Of a DNA stretch of 64,000 nucleotides, positions 38,460 to 52,539 are shown in pieces. Where the stretch lies: the NCBI RefSeq assembly GCF_001194135.2, contig NC_069007.1, positions 11,978,494 through 12,042,493 on the forward strand, read 5' to 3'. The position numbers and the translations under genes are program-made. Numbering within the stretch: position 1 is the first letter of the stretch; each line of letters opens with the position of its first letter. The notes under the pieces are model-generated. The model saw only the letters and a list, made by a program, of their open reading frames with translations. It had not been told where the DNA came from and ran no database searches. The stretch is from Octopus bimaculoides (taxonomy: Eukaryota).

Positions 38460-38850
38460 ATATTCTTTCACTTGTTTCAGTCATTTGACTGTGGTCATGC
38501 CGGAGAACTGCCTTAAAGAAATCACCTCCAGAACATATTCATTGTAAGCCTAGTACTTATTCTATCGGTCTCTTTTGCCGAACTGCTAATTTATGGGGAT
38601 GTAAACACACCAGCATCAGTTGTCAAGCGATGGCAAGGTACAAACATATACATACGCACACACACACACACACACACATATATATACATGACAGGCTTCT
38701 TCCAGTTTCCGTCTACCAAATCCACTCACACAGCATTGGTTGGCCCGAGGCTATAGTAGAAGATACTTGCCCAAGATACCATGCAGTGGAACTGAACATG
38801 GAACCATATGGTTGGAAGCAAGCTTTTTACCACACAACCATGCCTGCACC
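38460..38850 (-). mobile_element. SINE family A, full length
   Basis: Tail, (AC)n tract and head are all present antisense. Confidence 0.87.
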
Positions 38851-38876
38851 TTTATATATATATGTGTGTGTGAATT

Positions 38877-38907
<31 letters not shown>

Positions 38908-39429
38908 ATGCGAGTAAAAATAAATACAAAAAAAGGTGGATTTTTTTGTATGATTGTGTATAGAGGAATATATTATTTTGCTTAAAAGAGTTCCAACACT
39001 GTCTGTTTTTTATGTTTTATTTATATTCCTGCAGAACTAATGTGGGGTATAGAATATGGAATATAAAATATATAATATAATATACAATATATAATATAAA
39101 ATAAAATAAAAATGGATGGCACCATGAAATAAAGTATTGAATGTAGATGAAATATTGAGTGTTCAATATAAAGGATCAAATATATAAATATATAAATATA
39201 AATATATATATATAAAGGCGACTCGAGTTTCAGGGCTATTTCCCTTCGTCATGGCCGGTATGACAATCTTTAACAGACTGTATACATATATATATATATA
39301 TCTACAGTTTTATGTACTTCAGGACACTGAACCTTATAGAAGAGATGACAAAAGACCAAAATATCTGGTGCTATGCTGTACTCAAGGAGACTCATCCTCC
39401 ACTTATCCCGATGAAGACAATTGGCCTGC

Positions 39430-39870
39430 AACAGCCCTGTGCCAGTGCTGTGTAAAAGGCATTCATGCTGGCACCATGTAAAAGCACCCACCACACTCTG
39501 TAAAGCGGTTGGCATTAGGAAGGGCATCCAGCCATAGAAACCAAGCTGAAAGAGATTGAAACCTGGCGTAGTTCTGCAGCTTAGTAGCTTGGGTCAAACC
39601 GTCCAACCCATGCCAGCATTGAAAACACATTGAAAGGATAACGATGATCATGATCATATACATATAAATAAATACATGCCGGTGGCACGTAAGAGCACCC
39701 ACTACACTCTCTGAGTGGTTGGCATTAGGAAGGGCATCCAGCTGTAGAAACTCTGCCAAATCAGACTGGAGCCTGGTGTAGCCATCTGGTTCACCAGTCC
39801 TCAGTCAAATCGTCCAGCCCATGCTAGCATGGAAAGTGGATGTTAAACGATGATGACGATGATGATGATA
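39430..39870 (+). mobile_element. Two tandem RTE 3'-UTR elements
   Basis: aaagcacccaccacactctg...ggcattaggaagggcatccag occurs twice. Confidence 0.85.
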
Positions 39871-41009
39871 TACAGAGGGAGAGAGACAGATAGACAGACA
39901 GACAGAGAGATATACACATATATAAATATATATGTGTATATATATTTGTGTGTGTGTATTGATATAGTTACACATATATTGGTGCATACATACATATATA
40001 TGTGTGTGTGTGTATACATGTATAAATGTTTGAATGCAAGTCAGTATATATTAATGAATGTATAAGGAGAGTGAGGAAGAGATAAATGCAAACATATTCG
40101 CATACACATTCACATAGACACACATACACATTCGCATACATACACACACACGCGCGCACACCCACACATATGCACATAGACATACTTAGTTTATGTTAGA
40201 TAAATTGATTGATAGCGAGATAAAATGAATAGATTGCTGTAGTGCCAGATATATCGATAGATTGATAGATACAGTGGTATGTCTTTAAATATTTTCCTTT
40301 GTGAAACCAGTTTAGACATTTTCCATTCAGAATTTGTGCTTTTATCAGGATTATTCTGTATTAAAATATTGTCTTCGTACTTGTTTGAATATTCATAGCT
40401 AAAATTTCAATACTTTCGCATTATCCCAAACTTATTTTAAGCTTTCTAATGCCATCTTATGTCTTCATGTCTTCATTACTGAGACATTTCTATCAACAGT
40501 CCAAGAGAGAGTTATTAGCTTATTGTATTATGTTACAGAAACAGTTATTCTTTTCTTCACATATGGAAGTCAGCAAATGTAGGACCAAGGGAGTAACACA
40601 TAACTAGTACATCTTTATGCAGTACATCAATAATAGAACTTTTTATGTATATTTATGTGCGTATAAAAATGTATGTGTTGTACATTCATGTGTGTATATT
40701 CTCTGTGTGTGTGTGTGTTTGTGTATGCATTATCGTTTGTGTCTATGCAAAAATTGAATCTTCTGTTGAGATATGCAAGTCTGTTCAAGAATAATTAGAA
40801 ACAATCTGCAATACTATCGAGATATGTTCAGAAATATTCTCTCTAATCTAGTCACGGTCGTATTCAGGATTTGCACTTTCTTTGTTGATGTGGCTTTTGT
40901 TTGTTTGTTTCATCTTTTTTTCTGTTTTTTACCTTCTTTTCTCTTTGTGAATTACTGACTAAAGTTTTCAAAACGTAACTGTTAATTAGCATATATGAAG
41001 CGTTCTTTT

Positions 41010-41048
<39 letters not shown>

Positions 41049-42304
41049 TATTTCTTCAAGACCACCATCACTGTTATTGATTTCATCATCACCATCACCA
41101 TCAGATTCACGACTACCACCACCACCATCATCATATCTAACAGCACTTCTACCACAATCACCACCATCATCATATCACCATCACTATCATCGTCGTTGTT
41201 GTTTATTGCCCCTACCACCAACACCACTACCATTCATGTTTACAAAAGTACCTATATGTGATCAAAGAATATTACTAGCAAAAGTATTAAATGGTCAGAG
41301 ATCTGCTCAGTCATGACTGGCCTGGGGTTAAACAACTACAACGACAGTAACATTTATGATCCAACAAGGCAGCATCTCTGTAATTGTGTGGGCCGTCATC
41401 AGTCTTGGAGATTGTGTAAATGGTTACTGGCACTGTGTCCCTCCTAACCAGACACTAACAGACATGCATGTAAGCAGTCTGGCTTATTTCATGTTGTCTC
41501 AGCTCCCCTTAACTGTAAGCAGGGAATAGGGATCTGATCACAGGGGAATGTTAATCGTGGTGAACTGGTGTCCTAACCAGGGAGAGAAATTTACCAGGCT
41601 TACCTTCCATTTGCCTTATACTAAGAAGGAGGAGCTAAACTCAGTCATTCATAAAACCATTTCTTGTTAAGGAATGTTTATGGGGTTTTCTGGGGTTTTT
41701 TTCTTTTCATTGATAGGTTACACCAGAAATATTTCTACTTGTCCTATCCATGCCAGCACGAAAAATGGGCACTAAATAAATGATGATAATGATGGTGGTG
41801 GTGGTGGTGGTTCTTCTTCTTCTTCTTCTTCTTCTTCTTGGGAATTGTGGATTTGTTTTTTTACAATCATCATACTTTTCCATTTATGATTACCACTCAG
41901 CTGGCAAAAGTGAGATGTACCTGTAATTCAAAAGGGGCCAGCTTTGTCTCACCCTTTGTGAAGCCGAACCTCCCTTAGAACTATGTAAAGGATATACAAA
42001 TCAGTGGGACCTTCATTGTCATAACCAGCGGAATGTCAGTTAAATTTAATCCCTTAATTGTTTCGGTCCATCAGACAGCAGCAATGCTATGATACCACCA
42101 TCAAGCGCTTTAGTGGAACGAGTCAACCTCAGTACTTACTTTTTAAGNNNNNNNNNNNNNNNNNNNNNNNNNNNNNNNNNNNNNNNNNNNNNNNNNNNNN
42201 NNNNNNNNNNNNNNNNNNNNNNNNNNNNNNNNNNNNNNNNNNNNNNNNNNNNNNNNNNNNNNNNNNNNNNNNNNNNNNNNNNNNNNNNNNNNNNNNNNNN
42301 NNNN

Positions 42305-42900
42305 AGGCATGGCTGTATGGTGAGAAGCTTACTTTCCAACTGTATGGTTCCAGGTTCAATCCTACTGCATGGCACCTTTGGCAAGTGTCTTCTACTATAG
42401 CCTCGGGCCGACCAAAACCTTGTCAGTGGATTTGGTAGACGGAAACTGAAAGAAGCCCATCATATACATATATATTCTTTTGTTTGTTTCAGTCATTTTG
42501 ACTGCAGCCATGCTGGAGCACCACCTTTAGTCGAACAAATCGACCCCAGGACTTATTCTTTGTAAGCTTAGTACTTATTCTATTGGTCTCTTTTGCCAAA
42601 CCGCTAAGTTACGGGGACATAAACACATCAACATCAGTTATCAAGTAATGGTGGGCGACAAACATAGGCACACAAATATATAAAGCAATAGTTTGGCTGG
42701 CTCCTGTGCCAATGGCACGTAAAAAGCACCCAGTACACTCTTGGAATGGTTGGCGTTAGGAAGGGCATCCAGCTGTAGAAACATTGCCAGATCAGATTAG
42801 AGACTGGTGCAGCCGCTGGCTTGCCAGTCCTCCAGTCAAACCGTCCAACCCATGCCAGCATGGAAAACAGACATTAAACGATGATGATGATGATGATGAT
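42305..42900. mobile_element. SINE A head (+), SINE A tail (-) and RTE 3' UTR (+) in succession
   Basis: Each module matches other copies in the window. Confidence 0.82.
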
Positions 42901-42980
42901 AGTTGTAAAATCTCAAGAAGGAATCTGAGTAGTAACTATATTAACAAGTAAAGTTAATCACCACATCAAAGTGGCTGTTC

Positions 42981-43275
42981 TACGTTACTGCTAGTTTAAC
43001 CCCCCAGGCAGATCTTCAGTGACTGATTGTCGCTTTATTTACAATGTATTGCTGGCTGGACAGACCCTGGCTATCGCTCTGGTGACCAGGTGCTCTCAAC
43101 TGCAGATGAGCCAACCAGCTTGAAACTGAGTCAGCTTCATGATCTTGTTGTCTGCTAGAGGATGACAGGGGTTTGCTCCCTCTGCTAGCAATATATTTTG
43201 TACATAAAGGGTGCAGCATTGCACCCATAACCAGCTGGCAGAAGACCTGCCTGGGGTTAAATTAGTAGTAACGTA
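42981..43275. mobile_element. MITE-like element with ~36-bp terminal inverted repeats
   Basis: tacgttactgctagtttaaccccccaggcagatcttc (42981-43017) versus gaagacctgcctggggttaaattagtagtaacgta (43241-43275). Confidence 0.62.
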
Positions 43276-43432
43276 AAACAGGCACTTTGTTGTGGGGATT
43301 GACTTTAATTGATTTTAATAGAGATTTTGCTGCTATTTCTTTGTGTTTGTATGACTGCCCTTCCAGGCCTAGATAGAGTGCCAAGGTGAAATAAACATTT
43401 CTAAATGTAATGTAGAACTGTAAATGAAATAA

Positions 43433-43469
<37 letters not shown>

Positions 43470-43611
43470 AATCACTTCGTTATGTTTGCATGCAAATACA
43501 ACTTTGTTATGGTTGTCCAATGATTAATGTGAATATCCACACCAAGATATCAGCATGAAACCACTATATCGATTGCTCTCTCTGGCTGACTATATATATA
43601 TATATATATAG

Positions 43612-43699
<88 letters not shown>

Positions 43700-44132
43700 A
43701 CACACACATAAATGAATATATGTAGCTGCATCTAAAAGTGTAGATCTATATAGGTTTATTCACACTTATATATACATACCTATATACATTTAGTTGTATC
43801 TCTGTGTGTAAATGTATATAAGTCTACATGCATTTATACATACATATTGATATACATTTAACTATAGGTAACCGTGTACTTGCATATAGATCTATATACA
43901 TCTGTAACACATACCAATATACATTTACCTTTACGTGTATACGTTTGTATACACCTATGTACACCTGTACAATCATACCTATATATTTTACTTACATATA
44001 CTTATATTCAGAGACTTGCTTACTTACACTTTATACATAGACTTATATACACCTATAAACATCTATACACATTTACTATAACTTACACTTATACAGATGT
44101 ACCTATACACCCTGAATTATCTTAAATATACA

Positions 44133-44177
<45 letters not shown>

Positions 44178-46974
44178 TCACACACACACATATATACCTT
44201 TATATAAGCTTCTCTCTCTCTCCCTCTAACTCTCTCTTTATACACACACATACATACTTATAGCCATGTGAGTGGATTTGGTAGACGGTAACTGAAAGAA
44301 GCCTGTCATGTATGTGTGTGTGTACATGTGTGTGTCTTTGGTAAAAGAAACTGATTGGATGGGTACCAGGCTTAAATATTAATATTAGGGTTGATTTGCT
44401 CAATTACTAAAACTCTTCACAGCAGTGCTCCAGCATGGCTGCAGTCTGATGGCTGAAACAAGTAAAAGAATAAAAGAATATATAATATATATTTTATATC
44501 CTGCCATTGGATATATAATTCAACGAAACAGGGGGTAGGAAAGTATTCATACAACGCACTACGATCACTGCTAGACGTGGTTAAACACACTCTGCCAACA
44601 GCTCACAGTGAACTGCTTACCCAACAATTGCTCACAGTTCTTTGTTTTAGAGCAATGTGGCAGTCCACTTTTTAGTCACTTAGGGGTGGTCAGACTCCTT
44701 CCACAACAATCATCAATACACACACACTTGCATACAAACCAGACATTCACACAAGCATACACACAGACATACATACATGTACATTGACTCACATATACCT
44801 ATAGATGCTGTCATTCAGGCAGATGGACAATCTATCATCTAGGCTTCCAGATAGTTTCCATGTGTCCCATTTCAATCACACAGCTTGGGTCAACATGTGG
44901 TTAAAGAGTAAAACTTATTTTGCCCATGGAATCTTGTAACAGTGAGCTGGAATCTTGTAATAGTGAAACGAAATTCGTAACCATTTTTGGCCATGTTTGC
45001 ATCCATCAATCTATTGATCAATAATTCATCAATCAAGCCATTGATCACCAATCAACCTATCCTTCCAGTGTGCCGTATTCTTTAATCCATCAGAGACATC
45101 TTCAAGTTACATCCAGCAGATGTAACTAATTTTCAGCTGGACAAACTGGAATGGAGTGCCTTGCCCAAGACCACAATGTAACCACTAGTCAGTGCAGGGA
45201 TTGAACTGATTGTTTTGTTGTTATGTGTCCAAGAGCTTGACCATGAGGCCACATGCTTTCACACATCAATCAATTTTGACAGACAGATAGACTGACAAAC
45301 AGACTTGCAGGCATGCAAATAGACTGGCAGACAGACAGACAGATATACGGAGCTGTCAATCAATGAAGCCACTACCATTCTTCTCCTCCTCTCACCACTC
45401 TCCAGATCAATGAAGGATGTTTTGTATTGGTAGCTCATTCCTCAGGTGGTGGGGAGGTGGGGGATTTCCCTCTCCTGTCCTGCCTTATACCCCTCCCCCT
45501 CATTGCATGGGGGAGTGGGCAGAGTCACTTTTTGCCCATTCCCCTTACTCTTCCTTACACCCTCTTTCCTCCTACCACATGACTTTTCAATATTGACCTT
45601 CAAAGGTCAAATTACTAATGGACCAGCGTGTGTGTATGCATGTGATTCAGTGTATGCTTGTATATATGTGTATGTGTGTGGTGTATAAATGTTTTTATGT
45701 ATATGTAAGTTTGTGGAGAGTATGCATGTCTTGTATGTGAGGTGTGAAGGTGCATGTGCATGTAAATGTATGAAACTGAGTGTGTGCATGTGTGTGTGTT
45801 TGTAGGTGCATGCTCACACAATTGTGCATATCTGTGTGTGTGTGTGTGTGCGTGTGTGAATCCATGTGTAACATGCAGATTGCATATCTGTCGCTCCCTC
45901 TTTTTGTCTTTCTCTCTCTCTCTCTCTATCTGTCTATCTATCTATCTATATAACTGTCTGTCTATTTACCCATCTCTCTAGCTATATATCCATCCAGCCA
46001 TTGGTGGTGATAGTAGGAGGAAACAGTTTGGTGTGGTTGCTCTTGAACATCGACGTTATGTTGTTGTTGTTGTTGTTCTTNNNNNNNNNNNNNNNNNNNN
46101 NNNNNNNNNNNNNNNNNNNNNNNNNNNNNNNNNNNNNNNNNNNNNNNNNNNNNNNNNNNNNNNNNNNNNNNNNNNNNNNNNNNNNNNNNNNNNNNNNNNN
46201 NNNNNNNNNNNNNNNNNNNNNNNNNNNNNNNNNNNNNNNNNNNNNNNNNNNNNNNNNNNNNNNNNNNNNNNNNNNNNNNNNNNNNNNNNNNNNNNNNNNN
46301 NNNNNNNNNNNNNNNNNNNNNNNNNNNNNNNNNNNNNNNNNNNNNNNNNNNNNNNNNNNNNNNNNNNNNNNNNNNNNNNNNNNNNNNNNNNNNNNNNNNN
46401 NNNNNNNNNNNNNNNNNNNNNNNNNNNNNNNNNNNNNNNNNNNNNNNNNNNNNNNNNNNNNNNNNNNNNNNNNNNNNNNNNNNNNNNNNNNNNNNNNNNN
46501 NNNNNNNNNNNNNNNNNNNNNNNNNNNNNNNNNNNNNNNNNNNNNNNNNNNNNNNNNNNNNNNNNNNNNNNNNNNNNNNNNNNNNNNNNNNNNNNNNNNN
46601 NNNNNNNNNNNNNNNNNNNNNNNNNNNNNNNNNNNNNNNNNNNNNNNNNNNNNNNNNNNNNNNNNNNNNNNNNNNNTGTGTGTGTGTGTGTGTGTGTGTG
46701 TGTGCACATGTGTGTTATCATCATCATCATCAACATCATAATTTAATATCTACGTTTTCCTTGCTAGTTCAAGCTCAATTGAAGCAAGATGCTATGAGCA
46801 TATGAATATACAGGGGCATGTGTGTCTGTGTGTGTGTTTATGTCTGTGTTGGGTTTATATACACGCACACATATTTACCAGTGTGTGTTTACACACACAG
46901 ATTTACTTACAAACATGCATATGTGTTTCTGTGTATCTCTTCCTGCTTTCTCTCTAGCTCTCTCATATTTGTAT

Positions 46975-47069
<95 letters not shown>

Positions 47070-48529
47070 CTTTGCTTGTGTATATATCTGTTTGTGTGTG
47101 TGTGTATCTGCACATGTGCATGTCTGTGTATATATGTGTGTATACATATACTTACACTCACACACACAAACACACTTACACACACATGCACACACATCGT
47201 ATTGTAGTTATAGATGGCTGCCTATCCATAACTTTAATTTTCATGCCAGCACTTGATGTCTTCAAAGGAATTGTGAGTAAAGAATTTTATTCAATGTCAT
47301 TTATTTGACAGCATTGTCAATGTTTTTAGATGTAACGTTAAACCTAGAGACAAGTAGATACCAATCCTTCGCTAAACCAAATTAAAAGCTCTTTATACCA
47401 ATTCTAACCATCTAACCACCCTCCTCAACAATATTTAAAAATGTGGTTTACAATATGTGTAGAAATGTTTCTGGTTTGTTGTAAGATAAAGCAGCCTTTT
47501 CTAAGTCCACCCCTTATTTTAGAAATACATTGACGAAATTGAATTCATAAATAGATTTAAATTTACAACCATACTTTCGAAAATTTCTATTAGGAGAAAA
47601 AAGTGTCAAAATATTATCTAGTTTAAATTCAGTTTTTTGGTGAAAGTTGAATTTTATGCAGCTAAGCATTTAAAAAAATTCTTATCAATAAATATTTCCC
47701 TATAGATCACAAATATCAATAGTTATTTAACTGAAAAAAACAACATTAAGAATAGTTTCTGTTGTACTTTTAACATTAAAAATATTTTTATCAAAAAGTA
47801 AAATAAGATCATTTTTGGGTAAGTAACACTGACTGCGATCATGGAAATAAAGGATTACGTCATTTTAATGGCAGTTGCTATACCAATTCATTGATCCATT
47901 GAATAAACGGGATCTGTTTCCAACAACAAGAATCTAAATCTACTCTACACTGGCATGGTTGAGGGAGATTTTAAGACATGCTACCTTAATCCTAATTCAT
48001 CCCTCACTGCTCTTTCAAGTTATGTATGGATGTTGGAAGACAAAAAATTTCAACGACTTGAAATTAAATTGAAAAATCATGTTTGTTCATTCATTTAATT
48101 CATTTAATGTCCTTTCTTTTCTTTTGAAACACACTGTTTATTTGCTTTAATTAACTTGTAAAATAATCAAGAATTTGGAGTTAACATTGTTGTTATGAGT
48201 TTGGTATTTGGAACATAACAATGATTCTTAGCATTACATGATGTTGAAAGGTTTAAATTTGAATATAAACCCTTTAAAATGAATGATTTTGTATCCTAGA
48301 ACTATATTACGATCTTAGCATGGAGTTGTATCAAATAGGATTAAAGATAAACCAAACTGATCTGACACAGTAAATGAAATTATAAGCTGTTGGATTGTGT
48401 GCCTGAGATAAAGTTCAGTTGTTAACATGGAGCTGTTCCTTCTTCCTCTGTAATATTAATTCTATTTGAACTGATAACATCAATAGGTGCCTTAAGTTGT
48501 TCAATGATATGACATTGTCAGCTATCACA

Positions 48530-48746
48530 TTAACTTTTTCGTTATCATATTTCTGACGAAATACACTGCTTTTGTTTAAATTAATTTTGAAAATAATGAA
48601 GAATTAAGTAAAATAACTTTGTCATTCTTAAGCTGCTGTTCAGAACATAAATTAACGTAAAATTTTTATTTAGATCACATTAATACAGGAAGTTTGTATC
48701 AAAGAACCAAAGACAGTCTAAGGCCAGCTGGTATCAAAAGAGTTAA
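48530..48746. mobile_element. TTAA-flanked MITE-like element (piggyBac-type ends, degenerate)
   Basis: ttaactttttcgttatc ... gtatcaaaagagttaa. Confidence 0.42.
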
Positions 48747-51700
48747 GACATCATGTTATGTTGATAAGATCTGACTGTTCTGTAGCTATTCTAGATGTAA
48801 TAGGAGTTAAAAAGTTATATAAGACAAAACTCTTATATGAATTTCATCAAAGGTAGATGAACATCACCTGACAAAGTTAATAAACTGCATAATTACAGTA
48901 TTGACTAAATTTAAGACATGAAGTTCAACTGATAAAATACGACTTTTCTTTATCTTGTTAACTGTAATACCGGTCTCATTAAAGATAGATAATCTTGAGC
49001 TGAGGAATTCCACTCAGTTTCTATAACTGTATAATGGTAATAGCACGTCTGTTAAAGACACGATGTTCAGTTATGATAAGGTCAGACTGTTCTATAGCTA
49101 TTCAAATGTAATATTCATATGAAAAGATGAAACATTTCCATCTGTGAAAGGTCATTGATTTGTCATTATGTACTCACCTGTTGTAGTGGTTCTTTTAAAG
49201 CTGGACTGAGTTGACAATATCAATGACTTTTGTTGTTCATGACAACAATATCATGTATATCAAAGATAGATCAATTTAAAATGAAAGGTCACTCGACAGT
49301 TTTGTTGATCAAAAGTGACATTAGTTCTACAAAAGATGAATCCATTGAAGCTGACAAAGTCTTTTTATTCTTTAAATATCCATTTGTGATATTTGTTCAA
49401 ACAAAGGAGACCCTCAGTATAATTAACAAGGTTAGTGGGTCTCATTTTTATGGATCTCAGCTGAAAGAAGACCCTTCTTGCCTTTTTGACTCTCTATTGT
49501 AGTATAAGACCCATTTAATGTAAATAAGGTTAACAGAGTTACCAACTTTCCTCATTGACTTCTGCAACATATCTCTTTTATTACTAAAGGTTTAAATTAT
49601 ATTAACAACACCAGATTGTTAACTGTTTCATTTGCTGTGCCAGTTCTAATGAAGATTCATCAAATTCGGGTGAAAACGTCCCTGTATTTTCTTGGCCATT
49701 TGTTAAAGATATATCAAGTTGGGTTGATCAACTCAAATTATTTCTACAAAACCTCTTTTATGAAAGCTCAATCAAGAACAGCTATGAGATCTCTCTACTT
49801 TTATGTTACTCAGCTACAATAATATCAGTCCTCATAAATAAGAATCAAGTTGAGCTGAACAAAATTTATTTCAATCAAAGTGAGCAATTCAATATGAGTT
49901 GAAATAAAGGCAGATCAATTTTGATCAATTGATTCTTTGCTATTGCATTATAATGTTAGTTCTAATACTGATTAATCCAATTAAAGTTAAAACAATTACC
50001 AAACCAGATTAATTAGATAATCAATAAATTGATTAATGCTAACTCAACTCCAGTATTGACTTCTATTAACGAGGGATCAAGTTGAGCTGAGAAAGTTTAA
50101 ACAATGAGTTCATTGGCTGCTCATTGACAACAGCAGATTGATTGAAAAGATAAATCAAATTGGTTTGACAAACCAATCACCTACCATATCAATGATCAAT
50201 ATTTGTTAACTGCTTGATAAACAAGGGAGCTCTGTGGAAGATACATCAAGTTATGCTAGAAAGATCACGGTATTTTCTTAGCTTTTCATGATTGATTGAT
50301 TGATTAATCTAAGCTAATTAAGTCCCTGATGAGTTCTTAGAACAATTTAAAAGCTGAATTCTATCCATCTTCTCTCTCTCTCTCTCTATGCACTCTCTCT
50401 CTCTCTATGCACTCTCTCTCTATCTCTTACTCTTTCTCATTCTTTCTGTTCTTTATTTCCCAGTGCTACAGCCTCGCCCCAGTCACTCAGTTTCAACTAT
50501 CACACTCATCTCCCCATCCCCTACCCTTCATAGTCCTGTCATTATAGTTTCTGTTGTTCTTCCTCTCGGACACATTGCTTTGGAGTAAGCAGATACAACA
50601 TCAATTAATGAGGACCCTTATAGGGTACAAGGCAACCCAATTGGTGCTGGTGCTACTAAAATGTAGCCAGTACACTCTGTAAAGTGGTCGGCAAATGACT
50701 GGAAAAAAAAAAGAGTGTCAAGAGGACACTGTGGTCGTGTCAAAGACACAACAAACTTTGTAGTGCTGGTGCCATGATTAAATGTAGCCATTACACTTTC
50801 TATAATTGTTGGTGACAGGAAGAGCATGTATCCATAGAAACTCAGTCGAAATGAAATGTATGAGCAAGATATGGTCCTCTGACCTGTTTTAGAAAGAAGT
50901 GACTGTGAGTAAGAATTGACTCAGAATACAAGGAGCCATCTAACCCATGCTGTAATGGAAAACAGACGTAAAAAGATGACGTAGAAGATGAATTTAATTT
51001 GCCTGACAAGGTCAGTCAATTTCTCGTCAGTTAATCAATTCCCGTATCAGTTGTGTTCTATTAAGGCAAAATAGATTAAGTCGAAACGCGTGATGAGACA
51101 AGACTATACTGCACACAGATGCATTTAATGCAATGAGTGATTGTTCCGTTAACAGAGGATCAAGTACGGCTGACAATACTTCGTCTACTTAAAGAAACAA
51201 CCAATACTGATAATAATTGGTCTTTAACAAGTTAGTCACAGATATCAATCTCTTTACTATGGGGAAATCGTTAATAAATAGACTCACTTCATTGAGGTGG
51301 TGGTGGTGGTGGTCCGGTTGGCAGTCGTTGTGGTTGTGACAGTAGTAGTGGTGGTGGTGGTGGCAGCGGTGGTGGTGGCGGATCAGATCTGGAGAGTTCA
51401 TTCAATTTAAAGCCTGAGTAACTCTAAATTTAAGCCACTAACGATATGTATGTACAATTATGAGTGGCTGGATGTAGATTGCTTGGAATGGTAAGATGTG
51501 CATGTGTGTGTGTGTGTGTGATTGTGTATATGTGCATTGTATGCACCTGCATCTTTATGTATGTGTGTTGGGTGTATGTGTGTGCAAATATATATAGACG
51601 TATACACGGAAATGTATCTAGCAACACGCACACAGGTAAAGACACACAAAAGCACCAGCACACACATACACATGCAGACATTCATAGACACACACACACA

Positions 51701-52094
51701 CAGACACATGTTCATAAGGATTCATCTTGTTATCGTAATGCCAAGCTGTTATTTTCTCTTTTATTAATGTGTATCTGTGTGTGTATGCATATGTGTGTGT
51801 GCACATCCGTCTGTATGTGTGTGCATCTGCGTATGTGTGTATCTGTTAGTGTGTGTACACGTGTGTATGTAAACGTGTGTGTGTGTCCGTCTGTGTATGT
51901 GTGTTATTTCATTCCTTAAGAGGTTATTGAATGATGACGATGATGATGGTGATGCAATTGAAATATATGTAAAATTCAAAAATTAAACCAAAAAAAAAAA
52001 CAACCAACTATTATAACAAATAATATCCAGCAACATGTCTGAAATATATAAATTCAAACAGATCGACTGTAATTCTCCATTTTAAAAACTGGGA

Positions 52095-52512
52095 CAAGGA
52101 AAGCAACAAAAGTGGAGTTGCTTCTCAACCACATGGTTCCGGGTTCAGTCCCATTGCATAGCACCTTGGACAAGTGTCTTCTATTATAGATTCAAGCCAA
52201 CCAAAGCCTTGGGAGTGGATTTGATAGACGGAAACTGAAAGAAGCCCGTTGTATATATATATTTTTATATGTATGTATGTATGTATGTATGTATATATTA
52301 TATTATATTATATTCTTTTCAACTCTAGGCACAAGGCCCAAAATTTTGGGGGAGGGGGACCAGTCAATTAGATCGACCCCAGTATGCAACTGGTACTTAA
52401 TTTATTGACCCTGAAAGGATGAAAGGCAAAGTTGAACTCAGAAGGTAAAAGTAGATGAAATGCCGCTGAGCATTTCACCCAGCGTGCTAAGGACTCTGCC
52501 AACACACCACCT
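52095..52512. mobile_element. SINE A head (+) joined at its microsatellite to SINE B (-)
   Basis: Same architecture as 16690-17127. Confidence 0.85.
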
Positions 52513-52539
52513 TAATTATATTATACCATATTATAATAA

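Noticed and set aside
45593-45610. Short palindromes TTGACCTT-CA-AAGGTCAA and TGCACCTGATG-CA-CATCTGGTGCA (20820-20843)
   Set aside because: Single short palindromes are expected occasionally in 64 kb and have no supporting context.
49171-49205. Perfect minus-strand donor CAG|gtgagta
   Set aside because: All frames close within 25 codons upstream; at most a micro-exon or UTR exon with no further evidence.
50322-50345. CTGATGA-GTTC-TTA-GAAC hammerhead-like half, and CGAAACGCGT near 51082
   Set aside because: The first lacks GAAA after stem II; the second lacks CUGANGA and has a non-cleavable GUG.
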